Both the position numbers and the translations under genes were made by a program. A stretch of 64,000 nt of DNA from Flavobacterium sp. (GTDB lineage: Bacteria > Bacteroidota > Bacteroidia > Flavobacteriales > Flavobacteriaceae), in contig JANMZS010000175.1 in the NCBI GenBank assembly GCA_031383535.1, positions 2,844 through 66,843 on the forward strand, given 5' to 3'. Every line of letters begins with the position of its first letter. Position 1 is the stretch's first letter. Under the pieces are notes generated by a model. It worked only from the letters and a program-made list of their open reading frames with translations, was not told the origin of the DNA and ran no database searches. Shown here piece by piece: positions 1 through 9,860 of this stretch.

Positions 1-86
1 AAAAAACCTTGCATTCTAATGCTTATAACATAGGCAAGACTCTAATCAAAATAGTGACTGGTCCAATACAATTTTTTAAAAAATAA
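1..86 (+). CDS. 3' end of an upstream gene (partial), probably a glycosyltransferase
   Basis: Open frame from base 3 reads KTLHSNAYNIGKTLIKIVTGPIQFFKK, stop TAA at 84-86 just before the next ATG. It resembles the tail of the GT2 at 50403 (DYKLGTAILKPL). Confidence 0.5.
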   Translation, partial: KTLHSNAYNIGKTLIKIVTGPIQFFKK

Positions 87-87
87 A

Positions 88-912
88 ATGGTTAAAGTAC
101 AGTTGCACGGGCGAATGGGGAATCAGCTGTTTCAGTATTCTTTCGCCTACTTATTAGCAAAAAGACATCGAACTTTTTTTCTATTAGATATACAAAAAAA
201 TAAATTTTATCTAGATTGTTTTGAACTTAGTTTTCCGCATAATTTTCTATTCAATAAAAAATTTCTGAGACTTTATGGTTGGTTAGTTCGGAAAGTTGAA
301 TTGAAAAACAATCAAGATTTTTTAGATTTGAAAACTAAGTTGGTTTTGCCTCAAGGAGTTGCACAAACTAATTTTAACGGCTATTTTCAAGATGCCGATT
401 TAATGGAGAGCGATAAAAAAAGTCTTGAAAGAATATTTGCCATTAAAAAATCATTTCAAAAAGTATTTCAAGAAAAGTATGGTTCTTTATTTACTCAAAA
501 CAAAATTTTAGTAATCAGTATGCGATTAGGACAAGATTACAAAGATTTTACACTACCTGACTTGAATAATGCCAGAGTGTTTTTACCTAACGAATGGTAC
601 ACTTCTATTCTTTCTAAAATAGAAAATGAGTATGATTCAGTTATAATAATTAGTGATGTAATTGAAGATGCAAAGTTAATCTTAGGTAAAAAATCCAGTT
701 ATATTTTTATCAATGAATCACCAGAAATCCAGTTTCAAATGATGATGAAAGCGAATGGATGTATCATTGGAAACAGCAGTTATTCGTGGTGGGGTGGATT
801 TTTGAATGCTAAAAAAGACAAAAAAATTTATGCTCCTAAATACTGGGCGGGTTATAATGCGAAACAAGAATATCCTGTTGGGATTATGACACAGGAATTT
901 ATTTGGGTGTAA
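88..912 (+). CDS. Alpha-1,2-fucosyltransferase (GT11)
   Basis: N-terminal GRMGNQLFQY, GYFQ, SMRLGQDY (HxRRGDY-like) and NSSYSWWG motifs typical of GT11. Confidence 0.85.
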   Translation: MVKVQLHGRMGNQLFQYSFAYLLAKRHRTFFLLDIQKNKFYLDCFELSFPHNFLFNKKFLRLYGWLVRKVELKNNQDFLDLKTKLVLPQGVAQTNFNGYFQDADLMESDKKSLERIFAIKKSFQKVFQEKYGSLFTQNKILVISMRLGQDYKDFTLPDLNNARVFLPNEWYTSILSKIENEYDSVIIISDVIEDAKLILGKKSSYIFINESPEIQFQMMMKANGCIIGNSSYSWWGGFLNAKKDKKIYAPKYWAGYNAKQEYPVGIMTQEFIWV

Positions 913-963
913 GAATTAATTATACTACTATCTATTTACATTAAAATTAAAAAAATATAGTTT

Positions 964-1698
964 ATGGCAAATACAATTTATGTGCATGACGAAGTAACTC
1001 ATAATTCAAGTGCGGCTGAACAAGTATTACCTATTTTATTTGAAACCTATAAACCAACATCGATAATTGATGTAGGTTGTGGATTAGGAAATTGGATTGA
1101 AGTTGCTAAAAGACTCACTGGTGCCGAAATAACGGGTGTTGATGGAGACTATGTCAATAGAAAATTACTGAAAATTGATGAAAATGAATTTGTTGAACGA
1201 GATTTAACCAAGCCATTTGATTTGAATAAAAAATTTGATTTGGTCATTTGTTTAGAAGTAGCCGAACATTTACCTGAAACTTCTGCAGCAGGATTTGTAC
1301 AATCGCTGACAAAACATTCGGATGTAATTATGTTTTCTGCAGCACTTCCAGGACAGGGTGGTCAAAATCATATTAATGAACAGTGGCCGACCTATTGGCA
1401 AGAGCATTTTAATAATTGTGGGTTTGAAATGGTAGATTTCTTTCGGTTTAAAATTTGGAACAATACCAAAATTGAATATTGGTACAAACAAAACTTGTTT
1501 TTAGTAGTTCGCAAAGGGCATAAATTAGCAAAAAAAGAAACTGAAATTGCTTATTCATTAGTACATCCTGAGTTATTAGAATTAATCCATGAGCAGTATC
1601 AAAATAAAATAGTACTGTTGCAAGGAACTATAAATAAGTTGAAAAAGAGAGATGTTATAGGAAGAGTTTCTCAATTTTTAAGAAACAAAAAGAAGTAA
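964..1698 (+). CDS. Class I SAM-dependent methyltransferase
   Basis: DVGCGLG motif I; FDLVICLEVAEHL; GQGGQNHINEQ. Confidence 0.85.
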   Translation: MANTIYVHDEVTHNSSAAEQVLPILFETYKPTSIIDVGCGLGNWIEVAKRLTGAEITGVDGDYVNRKLLKIDENEFVERDLTKPFDLNKKFDLVICLEVAEHLPETSAAGFVQSLTKHSDVIMFSAALPGQGGQNHINEQWPTYWQEHFNNCGFEMVDFFRFKIWNNTKIEYWYKQNLFLVVRKGHKLAKKETEIAYSLVHPELLELIHEQYQNKIVLLQGTINKLKKRDVIGRVSQFLRNKKK

Positions 1699-1703
1699 TT
1701 GCC

Positions 1704-2594
1704 ATGTATAAAATTTTTAATTGGGTTCCTTTTGAAAAAAAAGAAAATTATTATTTGGACACTCTTACTGATGTAAGTATTCTCATAAAAACCTTAGAGC
1801 GTCCAGAGCAATTAATTAATCAATTATATTCTATTCAGAAATATAAATTTAAAGGGCCTATTGTCATTGCTGATGATAGTCGTCACTCAGGTGAAAAAGA
1901 AGTTTTGCAATTATTTCCAGACCTGAATATCACATACATTAATTTGCCTTTTGATACGGGCACAGCCGAGGGTAGGAATGTCATGCTAAAACATACTTCT
2001 ACTCCTTTTTTTGTTTTGTGTGATGACGATTTTATTTTTGAACCTAGAACTAGATTGCCTTTAATGTATAAAATGTTAGTTGAAAATAATCTTGACTTGT
2101 TAGGTGGAGTTTTCAGACAATACAACCTAAAATCTAGATTAGAAAGGTTAAAATTCAAGACATCCAATTGGTTTTTAAAATTCAATATTTTAATTCCTTC
2201 GACCAGCATTTTTGAGTACTCGGCTAATTTTGAATTAGTTGGAAAGTCCTGTGTTATGAAAAAAATGGACTATCAAGATCCATTTACGCTGTGTGATATG
2301 ACCCATAATTTTTTTATAGCTCGTACCCACAAAGTAATCGCTTTTGGAGGATGGAATCCATTACTTAAAGGAGGAGAACATCAAAATTTCTTTATTCGAG
2401 CCAAATTAAACGGACTCAAAGTAGCCACTACAAGAAAATGCGGAGTAGTCCACGATAGATGGTCACCTGCTCCAGAATTGTTTAAAGAATTGAGAGAGCG
2501 TGGAGCTACTTATCAAAAAATTGCCTTAGATGAGTTTGGAATCGAAAAAGTAGAAAACTTTAAGGAAGTGATGAAAGAAAAATTCGGAGTATAA
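1704..2594 (+). CDS. Glycosyltransferase family 2
   Basis: IKTLERP, ADDS, GRN, CDDD (DxD) motifs. Confidence 0.75.
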   Translation: MYKIFNWVPFEKKENYYLDTLTDVSILIKTLERPEQLINQLYSIQKYKFKGPIVIADDSRHSGEKEVLQLFPDLNITYINLPFDTGTAEGRNVMLKHTSTPFFVLCDDDFIFEPRTRLPLMYKMLVENNLDLLGGVFRQYNLKSRLERLKFKTSNWFLKFNILIPSTSIFEYSANFELVGKSCVMKKMDYQDPFTLCDMTHNFFIARTHKVIAFGGWNPLLKGGEHQNFFIRAKLNGLKVATTRKCGVVHDRWSPAPELFKELRERGATYQKIALDEFGIEKVENFKEVMKEKFGV

Positions 2595-2610
2595 CTTTAG
2601 CTAATCTATT

Positions 2611-3744
2611 TTGAATCCCTTATTTTCTATTATAATTCCTTGTTATAACCAAGCACATTTTTTGCCACAGTGTTTGGATTCGTTATTGAAACAAGAATAC
2701 AAAAATTGGGAAGCCATAGTAGTTAATGATGGTTCATCCGATAATACAGATAAAGTTTGTCAAAAGTATGCAGCGGTTGATTCTCGAATTAAATTGGTTA
2801 AGAAAACAAATGGCGGTTTATCCTCTGCTAGAAATTTTGGAATAGCGAATGCACTTGGCAGTCGCTTTATTTTTTTAGACGCGGATGATTTTTTATACCC
2901 GAATTGTTTAGAAAAAATAACTAAAGCTTTACAGGATTCTGACGATAATGTATTAATCCAATATGGATATACTTATGTAAAAGAGGATGGGAATGAAATT
3001 TTAAGCCATACCAATGCTCAAAAAAAATCATCCTTAATTCCAGATATTTTTGAAGCAAACTTAGGACCTTGTCATTCTATTTGTATCAGTCGTTCCCTAG
3101 CTTTTGCTTCTGGTTCGTTTGATGAAAATTTAAAAAGTGTCGAAGATTGGGATTTTTGGATTAGGGCTGTAAAAGCTGGAGGTACACAAAAAATTATTTC
3201 TGAAAAACTAGTCTATTATCGATATGCCAAAAACAGCATGAGCCGAGATGGTTTTGTGATGTTTGATGCCCTAAAAAAAGTAATTGAAAGAGGTTCTAAA
3301 AAGGATTTGCGAATTACTATCGAAAGCGAATTAAATAAAGACTATAACTTTAATTCAAATAGCGTGATTCAACAGGTGTTATTGAGGTCACTTGGAGTAA
3401 GTGTTATGCAAGGCAAAATTGATGAAAGCATTCATTTTTTAAAAGAAAATTCTCCAATTGCACTAAATAAATATAAAGTTGCTGATTTTGAATACATGTG
3501 TTCTTATCTAAGTTTTAGGTATTGGTATAGTCCATCTGATATAAAAGAAGTGTTTGAATCTATTACCCCCAATTTCAAATTGTTTTTTAATCGGTTAGGA
3601 TATTCAAAAACTAAGACTAATAGAACACTCTATCATGTTTTTAAAAGACATTATTTTTACAAGAATAATTTTAGATACGGAAAATTTATGGGGGGTATAA
3701 TTAATTTTAGTACTCGTTTTTATTATGAAAAGTTTTTAGCTTAA
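2611..3744 (+). CDS. Glycosyltransferase family 2 (TTG start)
   Basis: SIIIPCYN, VNDGSSD, GLSSARN, FLDADD, EDWDFW. Confidence 0.9.
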   Translation: MNPLFSIIIPCYNQAHFLPQCLDSLLKQEYKNWEAIVVNDGSSDNTDKVCQKYAAVDSRIKLVKKTNGGLSSARNFGIANALGSRFIFLDADDFLYPNCLEKITKALQDSDDNVLIQYGYTYVKEDGNEILSHTNAQKKSSLIPDIFEANLGPCHSICISRSLAFASGSFDENLKSVEDWDFWIRAVKAGGTQKIISEKLVYYRYAKNSMSRDGFVMFDALKKVIERGSKKDLRITIESELNKDYNFNSNSVIQQVLLRSLGVSVMQGKIDESIHFLKENSPIALNKYKVADFEYMCSYLSFRYWYSPSDIKEVFESITPNFKLFFNRLGYSKTKTNRTLYHVFKRHYFYKNNFRYGKFMGGIINFSTRFYYEKFLA

Positions 3745-3750
3745 TATAAT

Positions 3751-3862
3751 GAAACGCCCACAACAGTCGTCATTTACAAATAAAAAAATAGCTATAGGCG
3801 TTCCATCTGCCTGTCGGCAGACAGGTCTTCCAATAAAAAACAAATATTATAAACAGATGAAA
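3751..3862 (+). repeat. 112-bp direct repeat, copy 1 (leader plus ATGAAA start of the GT4 gene)
   Basis: Ungapped match to 35088-35199: last 70 bp differ at 1 base, first 42 bp match at 29 positions. Contains the palindrome tctgcctgtcggcagacagg. Confidence 0.95.
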
Positions 3863-5047
3863 CCATCAATACTATTTGTTACCACTTCTTCAAATTGGCC
3901 TTTAACCGACGGTAAAAGACAACGTACCTGGTTTTTGATAGAAGCATTATCAGAAAAATTCAAGGTAGATTTACTTTTAATTGGGTATTCTAATGAAAGG
4001 GAACAAATAGAAAAGAGTACTAAATCAATAAATAAGTTATTCTTTTTTGATTTAGCAAATTCAAATTTACCAGAAGTAGGCTATCCCAATTTTTTGATTT
4101 CGAAAAAACAGAAAGGCAAAAACAATTTTATATTAATTCAAATCCAAAATCTTTTTTTAGAACTCAATACTAAGTATCAGTATTCCTTTGTATTTAGTCG
4201 CTATTTATGGCCACTTTTGATATTGCCTTTACCAAAAGAAATTAAGGTTGTTTGTGATATAGACGATGTTTATTTTGAAGCACAAAAATCTAGAATTCAA
4301 AAAGAAACAAATTTTTTGCGTAAACTAAAACTTCAAACGTTATTTATTTTAGGTTCATTAAAGGTAAAAAAACTATTGACTCGTATTGATGTTCCAATTA
4401 TAGTAAAAGAATCAGATCGTTCATTTTACGGTTTAAAAAAAGCAGTTTGTTTGCCCAACATTCCTTTTGGATATTACATTGATAAAGAAATGTCTTCTTA
4501 TAAAAATCCTATTGACAGCCCTTTAAATTCAATTAATTTTGGATTTATAGGAAAACTAAGTTATAGACCAAATCAACAGGGTTTAATTAATTTTATAAAT
4601 AGCGTATGGAATCCTTTAATGCAAAATAAATCAAATGCAAGGTTAGTTATTGCAGGAAGCGGTGAGATTTCAAAAATTTTACAAACCACCATCGATGCTT
4701 CCAAAAATATAGATTTATTAGGGTTTGTTGAAACTCCCGAATTTTTTTGGAATCAAGTCTCTGTATTAGTAGTTCCAATTGCAGAAGGAGGCGGTTCGAA
4801 CATAAAAGTGGCAGAAGCTTTTATTTATGGAAAAATGGTTATTGCACATCCGTTTGCCTCAAGAGGATATGAAAGTTTTATAGACTCGGGCTTTTTAATT
4901 TTGCCAAAAGATAATCAAGAATGGATTAGGAGTCTTACTGCTATCGAAATTCCTTCTGCACCACAAAGCCAATTTTTATCTACAAAAGCAAAGCAACTTT
5001 TTGATTTAGAGAATTGGAATCAAATTTTACTTAACACGGTCTCCTAA
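3857..5047 (+). CDS. Glycosyltransferase, GT4-like (GT-B fold)
   Basis: DGKRQRT, GFIGKLSYRPN, VVPIAEGGGSNIKVAEA motifs. Start moved from 3749 to ATG 3857 because the extra 36 codons are the repeat leader shared with rfbA. Confidence 0.8.
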   Translation: MKPSILFVTTSSNWPLTDGKRQRTWFLIEALSEKFKVDLLLIGYSNEREQIEKSTKSINKLFFFDLANSNLPEVGYPNFLISKKQKGKNNFILIQIQNLFLELNTKYQYSFVFSRYLWPLLILPLPKEIKVVCDIDDVYFEAQKSRIQKETNFLRKLKLQTLFILGSLKVKKLLTRIDVPIIVKESDRSFYGLKKAVCLPNIPFGYYIDKEMSSYKNPIDSPLNSINFGFIGKLSYRPNQQGLINFINSVWNPLMQNKSNARLVIAGSGEISKILQTTIDASKNIDLLGFVETPEFFWNQVSVLVVPIAEGGGSNIKVAEAFIYGKMVIAHPFASRGYESFIDSGFLILPKDNQEWIRSLTAIEIPSAPQSQFLSTKAKQLFDLENWNQILLNTVS

Positions 5048-5056
5048 TAACTTTTC

Positions 5057-5914
5057 ATGTCCTATTTTAGTATTATTATTCCATCCTATAACAGAGCTCA
5101 TATTATCGATAGGGCTATACAAGGAGTTTTAAATCAAACTTTTCAGGATTTTGAAATTATCATCGTTGATGATGGGTCAATTGATAATACACAAGTAATA
5201 ATTAAAAAATACTCAAACGATTTAAGAGTTAATTACATTTATCAAATTAATGCGGGAGTTTGTGTTGCTCGAAATACTGGAGCTAAACAAGCTAATGGTG
5301 AGTACTTGATTTTTTTGGATAGTGACGATATGGTTGAAACATCATGGCTTCAAGATTTTTATGATTTAGCCCAACAAAATAACGATTTGTTGTTTTGTAG
5401 TATGAAAGTAGTGAAACAAGATTTAAGTTCCTATTTTGTTTCTGCTTTGAATCCCTTTAAGAAAATTGATTTAATGGGAAATAGTGCTGCTGGCTCGTGG
5501 GCAATAAAAAAAGATGTTTTTTTGAGAGTTGGGATGTTTGATGAAAATATAAAATTCGGAGAAAATGTTGAATTAAGATTTAGATTAAATCAAGAAGAAT
5601 TAAATATAGGTGTTATTGATAAATGTAATTTTATTTATTATGAATCACTTAATGGCGGGAGTAGAAATTTGAAAAACAAAATTGATTCTAATCTCTATAT
5701 CATAAACAAACATAATATGTTGTTTAAACGACGACCTCGTTTATTGCGATTTTATTATCAAAATATTGCGGTGGCTTATGCCAAACTAGGAATTTGGGGC
5801 AATGCACGAATTTATTTTTGGAAAGCCTATAAAGTTGATGTTTCAAAAATTAAAACTTTGTTACGATTTTTAATTACTTTATTTCCATTTATGGCAAAAA
5901 AAATATGGAAATAA
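5057..5914 (+). CDS. Glycosyltransferase family 2
   Basis: SIIIPSYNRA, VDDGSID, ARNTG, FLDSDD. Confidence 0.9.
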   Translation: MSYFSIIIPSYNRAHIIDRAIQGVLNQTFQDFEIIIVDDGSIDNTQVIIKKYSNDLRVNYIYQINAGVCVARNTGAKQANGEYLIFLDSDDMVETSWLQDFYDLAQQNNDLLFCSMKVVKQDLSSYFVSALNPFKKIDLMGNSAAGSWAIKKDVFLRVGMFDENIKFGENVELRFRLNQEELNIGVIDKCNFIYYESLNGGSRNLKNKIDSNLYIINKHNMLFKRRPRLLRFYYQNIAVAYAKLGIWGNARIYFWKAYKVDVSKIKTLLRFLITLFPFMAKKIWK

Positions 5915-6831
5915 AAGAAAAAGTTATTTACGCCGCTTTTGTAATGACTTATAAAAGACCTGCGATTTTATTGGAAACGATTAATAAATTGTTTGACCAA
6001 ACATTCCCTCCAGAAGTAGTTTTGATTATTGACAATGATTCGGAAAAAAGTGCTTTAAATATTGTAAATAATTTTCCAAAAAATAAAGTTCAATATTATG
6101 CTGTGGGTTATAATTCAGGGCCTGCCGGAGGAGCTTATTTTGGAATGAAGTTGCTTTTTGAACAAAATTGGGACTGGGTGTTGTGGACTGATGATGACGA
6201 TCCGCCTGTATTTGAAGACTCAATACAAAACATTTTTGGTTTATTAAATCAATATAAAGGAAAAAAGCCAATAGGAATGATTGGTGCTGTAGGTTCCAAT
6301 TTTAATAAACTTAAGGGTTCGATTACAAGAATTAGCAGTGGTAAGATAGAGGATATTCAGATTGTCGATTACATAGGGGGAAGTATGTCGCCTATTGTAA
6401 ATAAACAAGTATTTAACAAATCGATTTTGCCAAACCCTGATTTGTTCTTTGGTTTTGAAGATTTATCATTTTGCTTACAAGTGAAAAAAGCAGGATTTGA
6501 AATTGTAATTTTAGGTAGTGAAATGTTAAGATGGAGAGAGAAGTTTAATCGTCTAAACATTTCTACAACCTCGCATAATTTACCAGATATATCCACTTTA
6601 TGGCGCCAATATTATTCGGTTAGAAGTCTTTTTACCATCTTATATAGACAAGAAAAAGTAATAATAGGATTGTTTTATTTTATTTTTAAAACAGTTTTTA
6701 AATCTTTTTTGGGATACAAAAAGGGCTTAAGTTATGGTAACAAATATGCTAAAATTCATTTATTAGGACTATATCATGGAATGATTGGGAAAAATGGATG
6801 TGTTCTTCTACCTGAGAAAAAATATAGTTAA
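5905..6831 (+). CDS. Glycosyltransferase family 2 (rhamnosyltransferase-like)
   Basis: TYKRP, IDND, NSGPAGG, WTDDDD, FFGFEDL. Confidence 0.8.
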   Translation: MEIKEKVIYAAFVMTYKRPAILLETINKLFDQTFPPEVVLIIDNDSEKSALNIVNNFPKNKVQYYAVGYNSGPAGGAYFGMKLLFEQNWDWVLWTDDDDPPVFEDSIQNIFGLLNQYKGKKPIGMIGAVGSNFNKLKGSITRISSGKIEDIQIVDYIGGSMSPIVNKQVFNKSILPNPDLFFGFEDLSFCLQVKKAGFEIVILGSEMLRWREKFNRLNISTTSHNLPDISTLWRQYYSVRSLFTILYRQEKVIIGLFYFIFKTVFKSFLGYKKGLSYGNKYAKIHLLGLYHGMIGKNGCVLLPEKKYS

Positions 6832-6901
6832 ATATTTTTTTAATTTCAAAACTCATTAAAAAGTTTAAAAAAAAAACAGATTTAAAAGTACTGATTACAA
6901 A

Positions 6902-7852
6902 ATGAGTTCTCCCATCTATTTTTATTACCCAAATGAAATACCGAGCACTTTAGATTATAAAAGTGGTTTGGATTGTTGGATTTTAAAAACCTATTTGAAA
7001 CTAAGAGAATATAAAACAGACCTGGATATTCATTTAGTAAATTATATTCCTGATGAAGGTATCATTATCTTTCATAAAGGTTTTTTTTCAAAAGACAGAA
7101 TACCTACGGATACTCAGTTATTTGTATGCGTTCAAGCAGATTATGGACGTCACAAATATGCGCAGTGTCATATTGCCCAGAATCCATTGGGTGTTAGTAA
7201 TTTTAATTTTTCAAAACGAAGTTTTCTTGAAGAAAAATTATTTTCGTTCACTAAGAGTTATTTTATAGCACACTGGAATCAAAACGATATCATTGAAAGA
7301 AATTTAGCCAGAGGAGAAAGTTTTAAAAATGTATGCTTTTATGGAATTTCCCAAAACTTCCCCCAAGATTTATTGGAACCAAGTTTTAAAGAAAAATTAA
7401 AGAATGAAGGAATTGATCTTAAGATAATTACAGATAGCGATCAATGGAATGATTATTCTGAAACTGATTGTGTATTGGCGATTCGTGATTTCGAAAACAA
7501 ACCGCATTATAACAAGCCTTTTTCTAAAATAATAAACAGTTATATTGCTGGGGTGCCTGTTATAGCAGGAAACGAAAGCAGTTCCTTATATCTTAAAAAT
7601 GTATTAGAAATAAATATTCCTATTGTTAAAAATTCAGAAGAGTGTTTTAATGCTATCAAGCAAGTAAAAGAAAATTATTCAAGTTGCTTAAAAAATGTAA
7701 AAATTGAAAAGGAAAAACTAAAAAAGTTTCAAGATGATTTTATACTATTAAGTTGGGAAAATCTTTTACAAGAAATGCAACAGAATTATCAGTTGTGGAA
7801 AGACAGTGGCAGTTTGGTCAAAAAAATATATTTAAAATATCGAAAACGGTAA
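6902..7852 (+). CDS. Hypothetical protein, possibly glycosyltransferase-like
   Basis: 316-aa ORF in the operon; C-terminal KPFSKIINSYIAGVPVI resembles a GT-B donor-binding motif. Confidence 0.5.
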   Translation: MSSPIYFYYPNEIPSTLDYKSGLDCWILKTYLKLREYKTDLDIHLVNYIPDEGIIIFHKGFFSKDRIPTDTQLFVCVQADYGRHKYAQCHIAQNPLGVSNFNFSKRSFLEEKLFSFTKSYFIAHWNQNDIIERNLARGESFKNVCFYGISQNFPQDLLEPSFKEKLKNEGIDLKIITDSDQWNDYSETDCVLAIRDFENKPHYNKPFSKIINSYIAGVPVIAGNESSSLYLKNVLEINIPIVKNSEECFNAIKQVKENYSSCLKNVKIEKEKLKKFQDDFILLSWENLLQEMQQNYQLWKDSGSLVKKIYLKYRKR

Positions 7853-7858
7853 TGATTT

Positions 7859-8731
7859 ATGGAAAACAGTAAAGTGGCTGTGGTAGTGGTTACCTATAAT
7901 AGGAGTGAAGTAATTCAAAAAACTTTGGACTGCTTGCAAGCACAAACATACCCTATTTCTAATATAATTGTGGTAGATAATAATAGTTCAGATCATACAA
8001 TTGAAGGTCTTTTAGAAAGAAAGAAAATGGATACTCGAATTTCGATTGTTACAAGTTCTGAAAACATTGGTTATGGTGCTGGATTAGCCTTAGGAATGAA
8101 TTGGGGATTAGAAAACACAGCTGTTGATTATATGTGGTTGATGGATGACGACGTATCTAATATTCCTGAAACTCTAGGATATTTAGTAGAAAACAGTAAA
8201 AAGTATCATTATGATGCTTTGGGTTTAATGGGATATAAACTCGGATTAGGAACTAAAACTAAGGTAAATCCAAAAGATCATTCAGCTGATGTTGATTTTA
8301 TGCCAGTAGATCATGCCTTATTTAGTATTGAAACAATCAAGAAAGTAGGGGTTCCAAGCAATGATTTTTTTATGATGTGTGAGGATTATGAATATTGTTT
8401 ACGAATAAAAAAAGCCGGTTTAAAATTAGGGGTGATAGGGAATCATCATGTAAACAGGCTTGCGTTGGGTGGGGGAGAAAGGTTCTCTAGATCTACCCGT
8501 TGGAGAGGTTATTATCATTCCCGTAACCATTTACTCATTCTGAAACAGTATTTTTCTTGGTTTCGATTGGCTAGTTATGTCATTGTTCAATCAAAATATT
8601 TGGTTGCTGGGTTGCAAGCTCCAGATCGATTTGAAAGAATAAAATTTCGGTTAATGGGTATTTATCATGGATTGCTATCAGTCAAAGGAAAAACATTGGA
8701 TCCAATGACATTAACATTTAATAAGAACTGA
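7859..8731 (+). CDS. Glycosyltransferase family 2 (rhamnosyltransferase-like)
   Basis: VVVTYNRS, VDNNSSD, NIGYGAG, LMDDD, EDYEYC. Confidence 0.85.
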   Translation: MENSKVAVVVVTYNRSEVIQKTLDCLQAQTYPISNIIVVDNNSSDHTIEGLLERKKMDTRISIVTSSENIGYGAGLALGMNWGLENTAVDYMWLMDDDVSNIPETLGYLVENSKKYHYDALGLMGYKLGLGTKTKVNPKDHSADVDFMPVDHALFSIETIKKVGVPSNDFFMMCEDYEYCLRIKKAGLKLGVIGNHHVNRLALGGGERFSRSTRWRGYYHSRNHLLILKQYFSWFRLASYVIVQSKYLVAGLQAPDRFERIKFRLMGIYHGLLSVKGKTLDPMTLTFNKN

Positions 8732-8737
8732 TAATTA

Positions 8738-9850
8738 ATGAAAGTTCTTTTTGCTATTGACAGCTTACAACAAGGAGGTGCAGAACAGAGTATTGCGCAT
8801 ATCATTCGTCATTTCTCAAAAGATACTCAGGTAAGTATCCTTTATTTTTATCCCAAAGCGGATTTATTGCCAATATATCAACAACTAGGTTGTTCCATTT
8901 TTTCAATGAACTTACAAGGTAAATACAACTTTGTTAAGGGGATTATTGGAATGAAAAAAATATTGGAAGAAGTCAAGCCAGATATTGTTGTAACATCTTT
9001 GTATCGCAGTAATATTATTAGTAGAATGGCTTGTCTCCTTTCAGGAATTAGACTAGTAGGAACTTTTGTTGACGATAGTTACAATATTGAACGAAGAAAA
9101 ACATTTACGGGAGTATCAGGATTTATAAAATACTATAGTACTTGGCTATTGGATCGAATGACTTCATTTATTCCGAGTTTATGGATTGCTAATAGTAAAT
9201 ATATCGGAGATAGCAATGCCAAACATTTGGGTATTCCAACTTCAAAAATTGAAGTCATTTATAGAGGTCGAAATAGTGATGATTTTAAAAAATGGGAAAA
9301 GCAAGAAAATGATAATTTTACTTTTGTTTGTATTGGACGTTTATACGAAAAGAAAGGCTATCCAGAATTGATTCAAGCTTTTGGTAATATTGCCAATAAA
9401 TATTCGAATACCCAATTGATTATTTACGGGGAAGGTTCATACAGACCACAAATGGAAAGTCAAATTGCAGCATTAAAATTAAATCATCGAATCATTTTAG
9501 CGGGCAACGTTCCTAACGCTTGGCAAAAAATGTATGAAGCACATTGTTTTGTTTTTCCATCCCGCTTCGAGGGGTTTAGTGGTGCTCTTGTTGAAGCTAT
9601 GATGACAGGAATTCCGATTATTTCGAGTGATATTCCTATGAATTTAGAAGCGGTAGAAAATAATAAAACGGCTTTGGTACACAAACTAAAAGACGTTACA
9701 GATTTAGTTAATAAAATGGACGAAATGATTTCGAATTACCCTAATATGATGGAGATGGGAAAAATCGCAAGACAAACAGCAATGAAAAAATTTGATATTA
9801 AAAATATTGCAAAGCAATATGAAACTTTATTGATTGAAACAGTTACTTAA
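8738..9850 (+). CDS. Glycosyltransferase family 4
   Basis: GGAE, GRLYEKKG, PSRFEGFSGALVEAM. Confidence 0.9.
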   Translation: MKVLFAIDSLQQGGAEQSIAHIIRHFSKDTQVSILYFYPKADLLPIYQQLGCSIFSMNLQGKYNFVKGIIGMKKILEEVKPDIVVTSLYRSNIISRMACLLSGIRLVGTFVDDSYNIERRKTFTGVSGFIKYYSTWLLDRMTSFIPSLWIANSKYIGDSNAKHLGIPTSKIEVIYRGRNSDDFKKWEKQENDNFTFVCIGRLYEKKGYPELIQAFGNIANKYSNTQLIIYGEGSYRPQMESQIAALKLNHRIILAGNVPNAWQKMYEAHCFVFPSRFEGFSGALVEAMMTGIPIISSDIPMNLEAVENNKTALVHKLKDVTDLVNKMDEMISNYPNMMEMGKIARQTAMKKFDIKNIAKQYETLLIETVT

Positions 9851-9860
9851 AAGTAATTCA

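Noticed and set aside
3749-3856. N-terminal extension containing [12 protein letters not shown] in the ORF track (also at 35125-35193 on rfbA)
   Set aside because: The same peptide precedes two unrelated proteins, and RfbA canonically begins MKGIILAGG. It is a translated non-coding repeat, not a shared protein domain.
6867-6876. A10 tract upstream of the 6902 gene as a phase-variation switch
   Set aside because: A/T runs of 8-10 are frequent in this AT-rich DNA, and I could not place a promoter around it.
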